A DNA stretch of 64,000 bases, from NCBI GenBank assembly GCA_964187785.1, contig OZ076409.1:45942001-46006000 (forward strand), written 5' to 3'. Positions 23,701-35,849 of this stretch are shown here, in pieces. The notes beneath the pieces are model-generated. The model was not told where the DNA came from. It saw nothing but the letters and a program-made list of their open reading frames with translations, and did no database searches. A program made the translations under genes and the position numbers. This DNA comes from Amphiscolops sp. MND2022 (lineage: Eukaryota). The first letter of the stretch is position 1. Every line of letters starts with the position of its first letter.

Positions 23701-25239
23701 GTAAAAGTAACGAAATTGGGGAAAAATCAGGTGTTGAAAAATTTTGCAACGAATTCTTTTCTCTTTTCGTTCCAAAATAATTCTTTATAGCCCCGCAGAC
23801 TTGAAAGTTTCATTATTTTCGTTGCAACAAAAACAGATGCCTGGGGCTGTCCTTTAATTGGTAAATTCTGAGTAAGATGGTCTTTCTTCAGAGTGGTCCG
23901 TACGACCGATTCAGCAACGGTTGAAGTAATTTTCCTTTGACGAATTTGTAACTTGCGTCTTTTGTGACTTCTGATACGCCTCAATTTAATCCTCAACTTC
24001 AACCTCAAATAAAACTAGTCTTGCAACATATTTCTCATGGTTTTACCGCTCCGCACGCTGTATAAAGATTTCTTCGACACTTTTTTGAAAACTTTTGATT
24101 GCACGTTGAACCAAAACTACAATGTCATGCGTGCGTTTACTAGTAAAAGATAAAAATAGGTGTGACTGTTTCCCAAATCATATGGAAGGTTTTTTCATTG
24201 ATTTTCTCAGTTAGTTTTTGTCTCCACCGTGAGTCGGTCGACATTATATGGACAATTTTCCAGCAATTGATTCAAATGTTTTTCGAACGTGAGTTGACCA
24301 TGAAATGGAACACAGTTCAAGCACAACTGAGTTGCTTTACCTGCTGCTGAGAGTACTCAACTTGGCAAAAAAATACAAATATTAGAGGAAATTTTCATAA
24401 TAGGGTGTAGAAGAGAGGAACGCATCAGGTGTGAGTTGTAACTATTCATAAAGAGTGATTGTAAAATTCCCACTATTCGCCAATTTCTGCATGTTATTTT
24501 TAAAAAGTCTGGGACTTTTTGCTTTTTCCCACACTTTTCAACATGTAGTTTTTGCAATTACAGTAGACATTGGCTAATCGATTCACGTCTAATCCAAAAT
24601 CTCGGGTAAACGAACTAAATTTTCAATCCCCGGCAGTAGCGAACATACTCGCATGTTTTCGTTTTTTCGAATTTTTCGCTGAATGAAAAATTTTTCGCTG
24701 GTCCTACCAACATGCGAATAGCTGATGTCGACGGTAATTAACATAACAAAAAGATTTGAATACAAACCAGAATCCTTCAAATTTAAATGTTTTTGAAGAG
24801 GGACAGCTTAGAATTGAGATACAAACTTTGATTCCAATAATTTCCTATTTTTTGAAAGGTGTGATGGGATAAAGTTAAAATGGTCAAAAGTTTTCCAATA
24901 ACGTGGTCATTCACGTGTTAGTTTGAGAGATACAATACACCGAACCAACCTGAGAAATCCGAAAGAAGAACTTTTATGTTTCATAAAGGTTTCAATCATG
25001 TTTCAACATGAAAAACTGAAAAGAAGACATTTGATATTTTTTATTCAAGTTTCAGCCATGTTTCTACATGCAAAATTGAGAAAAAAAGAAATTTTGAAAT
25101 TTTATTCACGTTTATTGACCTGTTCTTTCACTTGTTCATTTGTTTAAAACAATCAGCTTTCACATAATCAAAAAATTTCACTGGTTTTGAGCGTTAAAAT
25201 CTAATTTGTCATGGTTCAATTGTTACAAGATATCAACGG

Positions 25240-25650
25240 TTTACGCATTTTTCTGACCGTGCAGTAGATTCGCCTTTGGCTTACAGTCAATTCCTCTCGT
25301 TTTGCAGTCAATTGCCAGAGGTGAAAAGTGAAATCGACTGTGCGCCAAAGTGGAATTGGCTGCGAGCCAAAGTGGAATCCACTGTATGCCGAAGTGGAAC
25401 CTACTGCAATTTTCAGCGAATTTCGCAGAAAGTTGAAATAGGATGACGCGATTGTTTCCATTCGGTTGGCAGTGAAAGCAGTGGATTTTGGTGCACGCAT
25501 TCTTGTACTGAGCTAGACATGTTAGTGGAATCCAAAACAGGCTACAGCGGAATCCATTGAAATTCAGTGATATCCATGTTTATTAACACGGCAGTGGATT
25601 TCGGTGACTTAATAGCACAAAGGTGTGCTAACCGACTTTTGACACTGTAA
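25240..25650. repeat. Second GTGGA(A/T)TCCAC palindrome array
   Basis: Repeated agtggaatccac, gcagtggattt and gcggaatccat motifs related to 15620-15900. A single motif also occurs at about 19135. Confidence 0.6.
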
Positions 25651-25949
25651 TGATTATGTTTAGGTGGACTAAGTGTCGATGTAAACATTGGTGGCCTGTT
25701 AAACTTTGTTGGTATATTTAGGACAAGATTACGTCACAAAGCTCTTTTCCGAATCTTTGTTTTCGGATGCAGTTCTATTGATAGTGTCGTGATGCCCTAA
25801 ATTTAGGATGTCATTCTTCATGGGATAAATATAGGAGTTCTCAGAAGGCTCTGACACAGTTTGGAGCGTCTTTACCTGAATGAAAGCTTGCAGAAAAGGA
25901 TTTCAAGAAATAATACACTATTACTCTCTCGCACCAATTTGATGCCTTC

Positions 25950-26840
25950 AACAAAAAAAGACAATTAATGCAAAAAAATCTAGAGAAATGGACGACTTGA
26001 TGTCTGATCTAGATAATCTAGACATAATGACAGGAAGCGAAACCATAAACCCTATTGATTGGAAGATAGCAAAGACAATTGGGGAATTGATAGCCCAATA
26101 TGACACTGAGTCCAACTCTCATCCTAGAAAAAAGTCTTCCCAGGTGAAAGATTTTAGAGATTTTGGTCATGAAAATGCAATTCCTAGACAAGATAGCTCC
26201 CTGAAAATCATGGAAACAACAACAAATGGAATTAATTTGAGGTTGTCTCAAGAAATGGATTCCATGGTGTTCTTGATGCATTCAAAAATTAATAGGAACA
26301 ACATAAACTCTGCGAGAACCGAAAGAGTGATCCCAATGATTCAAAAAATGTGGAGTATGTTGTCTTCAGGAAACAAGGACACTGACTCCTGTTCATAATC
26401 AAAAAACCAGGAACAAGAACTGTATGTCTACATTTCATCTAAAAGACACGGAGGACCTTAGTCCTTACAGCAGTTTCAAATGATGGTAAACAATGCGAAA
26501 ATGAGATGCAAGTCTGGTCCCAGAGAAAGACAGATAAAACAAACAAAGGAACGTCTGAATTGAGAAAAGAAATGAAAGAACAGCTGAGAAGATGATGAGA
26601 GAAATGAAGATTTTTGAAAGAAAGCCATCTGCCTCTAAAAAGAAAACTTACAAACGAACGACTTCAAAAAGAGAAACTCCAAAAAGTATAATTGATGAAG
26701 ACGGTGAACTTGACGCAACTGATAACGATGATCAAGAAAACGATATTCAGTATAATTTTTCCAGGTCCTCTGAAATAAACGAACTTAGAACCCCAATACA
26801 GCATGTCTGCATTCTTCTTGAATTGACATTACAGTAGTTG
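25950..26840 (+). mobile_element. Fragment of a Gypsy LTR/gag N-terminal region
   Basis: ORF MPSTKKTINAKKSREMDDLMSDLDNLDIM... shares its N-terminal pattern with the LTR-borne ORFs at about 2960 and 6795 (RKxRExxMxxDLxxxDI). It is followed by a segment similar to 11390-11500. Confidence 0.5.
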
Positions 26841-27138
26841 TCAATACAGACTATTAATGAAACTAAAATTGATCAAAATGCATTTAGGATTACAATAGAC
26901 ATTTTTCTTTATTCAACGTCCTCCACTTCCACTCTACTTTGATTCATCTTGTGTAGTCTCAGAATACGACATGGTGCAATCAGCCTTGAAATATTTCAAA
27001 CTTGCAAAACTTCTGACAAAGACCTACCCAATTACCGTACCAAATGATCAACGCGTTAGAGCGGAAAACACCAAGGGTGATACCGATGCGGATCTAACCA
27101 TAAAAAGTATAGTAAAAGCATTCTGATTGAAAAGTCTC

Positions 27139-28157
27139 TGTCACGACGAACGTCATGATTTATTTAACGACGACACGCCCCAGTCGTCAAAAACTGCAAA
27201 TGGAACTCAACACGAACTAAAAACACATGAAAGATGTTAACCGAAACGAACGACCCGCCTATCCAGTAGTCAAATTTCCTAAAACCCATTGCATGCAGTT
27301 TTACAAATAGTTATACAGTGCATCGATTAGTATTTCACGAAAATCATTTCCCATTTTTTAGGCAGTATTCATCAAAACATTTCATTCAGTGGTTGCCAAT
27401 TTCATGTATTGCGTCCATTCAAACCGATAACCAAAACAATAGGATGTCACCAACAACTAGTGCATTGATGTATTTTATATAAAAGTTTTGTATCCATAGT
27501 TACCACCACATTAATCGTAATTAGACGGAGCTAAAACTTTGAAGATTAGAAATGTAATAACAGGTGCGAAAGTGCTGCGAAAGAGATTAACGACGACTGA
27601 AGTTACCAGTCGCCTAACGCACCTTGAAGTGTGACTTGCCAAATCAATACGAAAAACATCGATAAAGTAGACGCAAAGTAATAGGTATTATGTACGCTTG
27701 ACTTGTAATATAGAAGATACTAAACCGAAGTAGAAAATCACCAGTTTAAATTGTGCTACTATTGAGAACAGACGTATCCTACTGGAAATCGAAATTGACC
27801 TTTTACCTTGCTCAGTTATCAATACATTAACATTATTCCAATTCAACAATAATTCAAACCTTTCAAAACTATTTTATTAACTTGAAAAGGGTGAATACAA
27901 GATCTCAGATCCTTAGAGAGACAAGATATGAACAGACAGAAGAAGATGGATATTCTGATAATGAACAAAACGTCAGCGTGGCTGACCACTACTCGGGGAG
28001 ATATTTCAATGAATATAATGATGAAGCGATGAGATCGCAAGAGACGGATCATGAAAGATCCAGGAAAGATCCAGAGCCCTTACTGAGAAAGGTATGAACA
28101 GTAGGGAAGAGAGTGATCCTAACGTCCACAACTTCAGAACGTTACCTCATTCTGACA
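27139..28157 (+). repeat. 5' LTR of element B
   Basis: tgtcacgacg...tctgaca. Roughly 85% identical by eye to 44430-45477. Lacks about 200 bp present near the start of the 3' LTR. Confidence 0.85.
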
Positions 28158-29220
28158 TGGTGACAGGAGTCTCGACGAACTCAATCCCAGCTCCAAATCT
28201 GCAACAACCATGCAGAACTCCCCCATCGCCTGTCGTAGATCACGCAAGAGAACATACCCAATCCATCAACGAACCACAAATGTTTGACGTCATGACGGGA
28301 TTACAAAACTTGCGTACCACAAGGACTGACGGAATGATCCAACCGAAATAATTGCCAAGTCAAGTGTCACTCTTTCGCGGAAATAGAGAAGAGTATAATG
28401 AGTTAGAATACCTACTAAAAAACCACCTCCGCCCACATATGCAAAAACTGACGGAAGAGCAAAAGCTCAACTACTTTCAAAGTCTGCTCAGGGACGAGGC
28501 CATTGAGTTCTGGCAAACCCTGAAGATCCATGCTGAAACGACGCTGGCAGATTATCCTCTAGCCTTCAACAAAGAAAACGCCAAGAAAGACCTCAGAGAA
28601 GTGTCAAAATGCACATTTGACCGAATAAGGTACAATGCAACAGTAGAATCATTCACGGGTTCTCTTACAAAATTCAAAAAAACCGCCAAAAAGGCATACG
28701 GAGAAAAAGCTAGCGACATAGCCGAAACATTTCTGTTCGCTATACTACCAGTGTCGATACAAAACGAACTTGCCATGGCAGGCAAGCACGACACCACTGT
28801 GGAAGCGATCAAAAAAATTGTACAACGACAATGTCAATATGCGCAACTAATTCCCATCACATCTTGCTTGCAACCCTTGAATCAGGCGTACAACTACCAA
28901 GAGAGACAACAAGCGAACCAACCAGCCTCAACCAACAACTCCGGAAATCCCACAACCACCAAAGAAGTCAAGCGGAAGTTCGAAGGCAACTGTCGCTACA
29001 GCAACATTGTTGGCCATAAATGGATCGAGTGCCGTAGTAGACTCAGAGATGAAGCAAACGGCACATACACAAAACCCAACAACGTCCACAACAAGCAAAC
29101 AACAACTGCCAACAGCATCAATCCGACAAACCACAGTACAACTCCAAGCTGGTATGCCAGATCTGTGGGAAAGTCGAGCACTTAGCACGAGATTGCAGAA
29201 ACAGAGTACCAGGAGCTTCA
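28094..29220 (+). pseudogene. Gypsy gag
   Basis: ORFs 28094..28351 and 28352..29185 are in frame across one TAA. Capsid-like LNYFQSLLRDEAIEFW. Knuckles CRYSNIVGHKWIEC and, after a frameshift, CQICGKVEHLARDC. Confidence 0.85.
28158..28170 (+). other. Primer-binding site (tRNA-Leu-like)
   Basis: TGGTGACAGGAGT immediately after the LTR, one mismatch from the complement of the common tRNA-Leu(CAG) 3' end (TGGTGTCAGGAGT). Confidence 0.7.
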
Positions 29221-29779
29221 GCCTATAGAAACGTACCCTACAAGAAACAGTCGACAACATAGAATCGATAGTTCTGTAGGGATTTCAAAAAATTCCAGAA
29301 TAATGGACAACCAGCTTACCAAGTCACACAAGCAACCGAGAAGCCAGCAAAAACCCAAATCCACAACGACTGCTATGACGTGGAGTACAATGGCGAATTC
29401 GAAGCGAATTCAAAAAACTTGTGAAGCCTTGTCATCCTACAATAAACCAGACAACAAGTGCGCGCAACAAACTACAGACTAACAACCACTACGACTGTAC
29501 GACCAAGACGTCAGAATGTCGGCAGAATACCGAAAGAAGGTCTCAACCCTCCAAACGATACTACGTTCGAAAGGTGGCTCACAACAATTATCACATCCTT
29601 CCTATTGTTGACGACGACGATACCTGCACGACTAATCAGTGTACTCAGACCGAAAACGACGATGACGCCAAACGGAAACGGAACATGAAGACTCACCCCA
29701 CAGGCAACCCAGGTTGACCATCCAGCCAAAGCAGAGAAGAACAACCACAAGAACAACTATCCCAAGACAAACACACACA

Positions 29780-32119
29780 TCAGACCGTTGAGGCACAGAG
29801 GCAATTCAGAGCGCAATGTCTGAGAATGAGCTCATACGAATACTCCAAGCACACCTAGCAGCCCAACTTGAATACCCAGCCCCGGCCATCAAAGTTCAAA
29901 TTGCCAAAGGAAGTATCGTAACAGTACGAAAACAAGTCCATCTGCGTTTTTTCATTGGGGGAAAAGTGTTCGAAGAGACATTCATGATCTTGCCTACAAT
30001 GAGTGAAATCCTAATTCGAATGTCCTTCTTCAAAAAATACTGTGACCCTGGACCTTGCAAACAGCATTGTACGATTCTTAGAGATTACCTTCCAGCTCAA
30101 ACCACCAAATGGAAAAGTCAAAATACAAATGTTGGAGCTCAGGGCATCACAGAAGACAACCATTGCACCCAGAAAACAAGTCTTTATTCCCGTGGTGGCT
30201 GAATGGGACATTGTCACTTTAACAGGCACAGTAGAATCGTTTCCGGCATTCGAACGCAAGACGGAACTACTAGCGTTCCCATCGTTGTCCGAGATGCAGG
30301 AACAACAGAGCCATGTCCAAGTTACCAACCACCTGGACCACGCAATAAAAGTCCCCTAGAATACAACACTTGCAGTATTCAAAATACTAACTCCAAATCA
30401 GGCCAGAAACATACAACCCATGACCAAGGAACAACTGACACTGATTTCCAAATTCCCTGATGAAGCTCACAACGTGATCAACAAGTTGTTCCATCGCAAG
30501 CAACCACGGACAAGCGATGGTACCCAACACCCGAAACATGCGACAACCCTGAAAAACTCAACAAAAACGTACGTCGGATATACGACGGAATCATAAAACT
30601 CCGAGAAGCTGAAAAGCTTGATCCCACATTTGACGACGATCAACGACAGACGTTCCTCAAAAATTTCAGCTGGGACGAGCAGGAGCAACAGAGGGTTGAA
30701 TCACTGCTAGTCAAGTACCACATGATTTTTGCACGTCACCATTTGGACATCGGCATCAACACCGAGTTTAAGATCAAGCTAACGCCTAAACATAATGATC
30801 CTGTGTACGCGCAAATTTTACCCACTCCAACTAACTTGAAAGATGACTTACTGGTTGAACGGGCCCTGATGCAGGAGTACGTGATCATCACAACACTTCC
30901 GATCATCACACTTGCCCGATATTTGCGCAGCGGAAGCCCCATGGCAAACTTCAAATACTAGTCGAGTTGAGACGCATCAACCACCTCCTCAAGACGAGTT
31001 TAACCAGCACAACCACCCAGTTACTACAATAGCAGATGCGGTCCAACACATGGCAGGCAAGAAAAACTTCTGCAAGCTCGATTGTTGGCCTACCACTGCC
31101 TCCAGATGGCCGACGAATAATAAATCCAACTTCTTGCATTCAACTTTGGCAGCAGAACCTTCGCATACCTCCGACTAGCCCAAGGGTTGAACAGGTCACT
31201 GTTAGCGGTCAACAGTACGATCCAAGAGTACCTTGACGCACTAGTGAAAGCAGACAAAAATGCACAGTACGTTGAAGACATCACTGCAAACAACGTAAAC
31301 GAGCTGGTAGACAACAATGAGGCAGTGTTTCAGCAGATTCAAAAAGCAGGACTGAAACTCTCAACATCAAAGTGCGCCTTTGGACACCCTAAGATTGAAT
31401 TCCTGCGTCGAAGCATAGCGAACAAAGGCATCACACCACTTGAGGGCCGCATCGAATTCCTCAAAACAATGTTGCCAACATCAGTCAAATCACTGCAGCG
31501 ATACATATGATTCGTCCAGTTTTACAGACAGTACATCCCGAAACTAGCCAAAAAACTTGTAGCACTGTACAATTGTTGCAGAAAGATGTCAAATTATTAC
31601 TAACACAGATACACAAGGAGGAGACTTTTGACATCAACGAGAATCTGGCACGAGCTGCAAGATTGTCCCTCAGGTTACCAATACCCGAAAAATAATTCGT
31701 CATCTTGTGTGATGAAAGCGAACACGCAGCGGGATACGGACTTTTCATCGAAGACTACACAGAGACGAACGACGGAAACAAGAAATCGTATGCACCTGTA
31801 GCGTTCGGTTCCCAGAGATTCACTGACGGTCAGATGTACTAACAACGTACGCGAAAGAGTTGCTGGCCTCGATGAATTTGCACACATTTTGTGGGGAGTC
31901 AAAAAACCCACAATTGTGATGGCTGAAAACAAAGCATTGACACGCTTCTTTCAGTCGAAACGAATCCCGCCTAAACTGTGGAACCATTGTGACCAAGCAC
32001 TGCAGTTTGACTTCGTGCTGGCCTATGTACTAGGGGTAGAAAATCCAGCAGCAGACTACTTGTCTCCACTTGACATCAACCCCGAAGAAAGGATTCATCT
32101 GAAACTCAACAACCAGATT
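29780..32119 (+). pseudogene. Gypsy pol: protease, RT, RNase H (frameshifted)
   Basis: Protease remnant (GTEAIQSAMSE, decayed DTG; FMILPTMSEILIRMSFF). RT (IFARHHLDIG; FCKLDC; YLRLAQGL; QYVED, decayed YVDD). RNase H (LCDESEHAAGY; APVAFGS; ENPAADYLS). Confidence 0.9.
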
Positions 32120-35100
32120 TGTTGGCGCCTGTCAATTGCGAGATCAGAAACTCAAATTCGAGCGTGACTTATGAAACTTATATTTCAAAACACTTAGAAA
32201 CTTAGTTGGAGAGCCGGAGCGCGTGAAGATACAGTGAGGGAAGTGTGTGCAGGATCACATCGGATCCAAATCAGTGCAAAGAGGAATCGCAGGAGATTCC
32301 ACGGGCCACATCGGACCCATCAGTCACAAGATACAGTCCTTTAAACAAGAAAACCAGTACTTGTTTAGTAACGGTCCACAGTAATAAGCAAAGGATCAGG
32401 GCGGCGTAAAGCTTGTCAAGCCTCAGCGCAGGATAAGGGCAAGCAGCCATTACATTTGGTCCGCCGACCCAGACCAGGAGAAGACGAGGACAAAAACGAC
32501 TCGTTGGTGGACAAATGAGAAGATTGCCCAGGAAGAAAAAGTGTCTGATTCTTGTAGTCTCTGACTTTGTGTCTCTGGGAGAATGTGTTACTGTGTCTCT
32601 GGGAGAGATTGGGCTACTGTGTCTCTGGGAGATTGGGCTACTTTGTCTCTGGGAGATTGGGCTACTGTGTCTCTGGGAGAGTGGTCTATTGTGTCTCTGG
32701 AAGATTGGGCTACTGTGTCTCTGGGAGATTGGACTATCGTGTACTCTGGGGTTTTGGGCTACTTTAGCGGCTTGTTGGGAATTGTATTCACAGCAGAAAG
32801 TTTGGACTCCTTTGGTTAGTTAGAGTACACTGGGGTTTTGCACCACTTCAGAAGAATGGCTGAACCTAAGAAAATTGAAACCAAAAGATTTGACGACGAT
32901 TAGAAGAGTTCTATGGACGAGCCACAATGGGAGAGCAACTTGAGAGCGATTCAAAACTTTGAGACAAAAATGGATGAAATACATAGTGAGCTGAGCAAAG
33001 CAGACGTAACGAAGAAGAAACTCGCAGACCTTCTACCGAACCGACAAGACCTACTGCCCAGATGGAAGAGACTCGTCGCGGCGAACACAGCACTCTTGAA
33101 AGCCAAGTATCAGCCAAAATGGTCGGATAGCAAAGCCGACCGATTCGGCAGATATCGGGATGAATTCGATTCCTTGGACACACGACACTAAAACATTGGT
33201 CAGATGCTCACAAGGATGCGGAGCCTAAAGAATGAAGGACAGTTGAAGGAGTTCCTACAACTTCAAAACTCCAAAAAGAAATGTGATGAAATGCTTCAAA
33301 AAAACGAAGATGAAATCAATAAAAGTCGGGATACTCTTTGCATCTCAGAGGTTACCAAAAAATGGTAGAATCAAACGAAGAAACTCTCAAAAAGAGAGAT
33401 GAAATTGTGAACGAGATGGATGAGTTGTTGAAAGATACTTCAATCTACAGTGAATTGCATCCTATGGAGGGAATCATGGCCCGTGCCAGGGTGAATTGGC
33501 AAGAGCAACAACTAAAGTCCCCCGACATTTCTCTTCAGAAGAATGCGAATGAAGAAGTGGCACAAGGTACAGAGGGACCCCAATCGTTTGTGAATCGTTG
33601 TGTCAATGAGGCGAACTCGCCACCTGACATAAGAGATCAGTGTGCAAGCAAGGCACATTCAAAGGGCAACAGAACATCGGTTAGTTGAAAGTCAACTACT
33701 ACAAAGTGAGTGATGCTCTTCGAAGTACAAGCAATGAAGAAGCAAGGAGAAATCGATGAACAACTAGCTGCCAAGGAACGCGAAGTAGAGATCCGAAAGA
33801 AACAAAAGGAAATGAACATGAGGATACTAGCGGAAGAAAAAGAGATTGCTGAAATCGAAGAAAAAATAAAATACTCGCTAAACGAATATCTGAAAAAGAA
33901 ATGGAAATAGCACAAGCAGGGAATTGCCGGGCAAGTAAAAGTCTGCGAAGCGTCTCCACGATACCCCTCCGAAGTGATCCGTTTGAAAAGGTACCTTCTT
34001 GGCTGAGTCAAATCGAAGTTGACAACAAGCTAACGAAGAATGGGAAAGAGGTATCCAGAATCGCATTAGCCAGTAAACTTATTCAACGATTATCCGGTGC
34101 ATTGCCGCAAACAAGGAAGTTGTTTCAACCAGCTGGCAAGATGATACAGCCAACAGTATCAAACGTGGGCAACTCGGGCAATCTCTTTGTCCCGAAGGTA
34201 GCTCCTGTAACGCTAAAGAGTGCCGCACCACATTATGTTCAGTTTGGGAACAGTTTACCTCCCAACCAACCAACAACGAACCACAAGATGGGAAATGATA
34301 CGGTACGGCCACATGTTGCATCCGCCGTTAGCCTCACTGCACACCCACAGAGTCATTTCGGACCCACAAGAGTCGGAAACATGGGTCTACCAGCCAGTCT
34401 ACCAAAACTGAAGTTACATTATTCTCAGGTGACCCATTGGAATGGCCTGAGTGTTGAGGGTTGTTCCTTTCAACTGAGCACGCTGCAAATATCGACACCA
34501 ATCTGAAGATGTATCACCTCAAGACGCTGCTCACTGGGAAAGCAAAAGACGCATTAGCTGGACTAGGCTACACTGAAGACATGTATGATGTTGCTTGGAA
34601 CACTTTGGTTGATCAATTTGGGAGGCCGCAAGTGGTGATCAATGCGCAATTGAGAAGGATCTATACTTTTCCGCCAAATAAATTTTTTGATTTTACATCG
34701 CTCGTGAGATACTCAAAGATAGTATCCAATTGTGTACAAGTTCTGACGCAGATGACTCATTCGGAATTATGTTGGTGATTTGCGGTCAGAAGGTGTTCTG
34801 AATAATGCCACCAGGAAATTGCCATTGAACATGATGACAAAATGGTTGGCTTATGCTAGGCAGAATGCGAACTACCACATGGGGTTGAAAACTTTCAGCT
34901 TCTGGTTGCGAGAGGTAGCAGCCATGCAGTAAGGCGTTCTTATGTCAGGTCATCACAACCCTGACAAAGCAAAATGAGAAAACCAAGAAAAGGCTAAAAG
35001 CTCCACGTTTGCAACATCAGCAACAAACATCACGGAAGATAATTTAAAAAAACTAGCGAGAATGTATGCTGAAAAATGATAATCATCCAATTTGGAAATG

Positions 35101-35816
35101 CGAAAAGTTCAAGAAAATAAACGTCGAAGAGAGAGGACAAAAAGCAAGAGAACTGAGACTGTGCTTCAAACGTTTATCAGATGCACACCAAGCAAGGAAT
35201 TGTTCGGGCAGACTCTGTGAGGTCATTGGTTGCGGAAAACCTCGTCACCGATTGCTACACAGACCATACAAGAACGTGGAACAAACGAAAAAGGTTGAAA
35301 ATGTTGAAGAGGTCTCTAACCTGTCCTCTATGAGAAGCAGTGGTGTGCTTCCTGTCATTCCAGTAACGAAAAGAAGTGGGAGCAAAACTTTGAAAACGTT
35401 CGCTTTGTGCGACTCTGGAGCAAACTTGTCGTTTGTGGACGAGAACCTGATGAAAATGTTAAAACTGACGGGACAGCCAGTGAATTTGAATGTTGCAGGG
35501 ATTCATGGAACGCGAGATATTAGTATCAAACGAACTCGGAAAGGTCAATGAAAATATCATGGCCTATAGTCATGCCAACAAGAATACAGGAAATCGAACG
35601 TACAACCTCATGAAACTGACAGAAACATATCCTCACCTTTCAGTTTTGAAAGCTCTATCATCAACCTGAAAGATGTTAAGGTTCTATTGGGCCAAGATTG
35701 CTACCATTTGTTGGCGCCTGTCAATTGCGAGATCAGAAACTCAAATTCTTTTGTTAAACACATTCTGTAAATGTTTGGATCATTGCTTACATTCTTTTGA
35801 GCCCACCTAACCAACA
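32120..35816 (+). mobile_element. Nested BEL/Pao element lacking RT, RH and IN
   Basis: Identical 40-bp start tgttggcgcc...ctcaaattc at 32120 and 35709; right end ...ccaaca. Pao gag (KLPKLKLH..GDPLEW..; KMYHLKTLLTGKAK; FGRPQVVINAQL), Cys/His knuckles (NHPIWKC; CFKRL...HQARNC; CGKPRHRLLH) and protease LCDSGA, truncated at GQDCYHL. Confidence 0.85.
32565..32761 (+). repeat. 24-bp tandem repeat, about 8 copies
   Basis: Unit ctgtgtctctgggagattgggcta, head-to-tail with no spacers. Confidence 0.95.
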
Positions 35817-35849
35817 TGCCAAAACCACCACATAGTTTGTTTACTTAGC

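Noticed and set aside
32565-32761. CRISPR-like array
   Set aside because: Units are head-to-tail with no unique spacers, there are no cas genes, and the context is eukaryotic TE. The same applies to 57590-57929.
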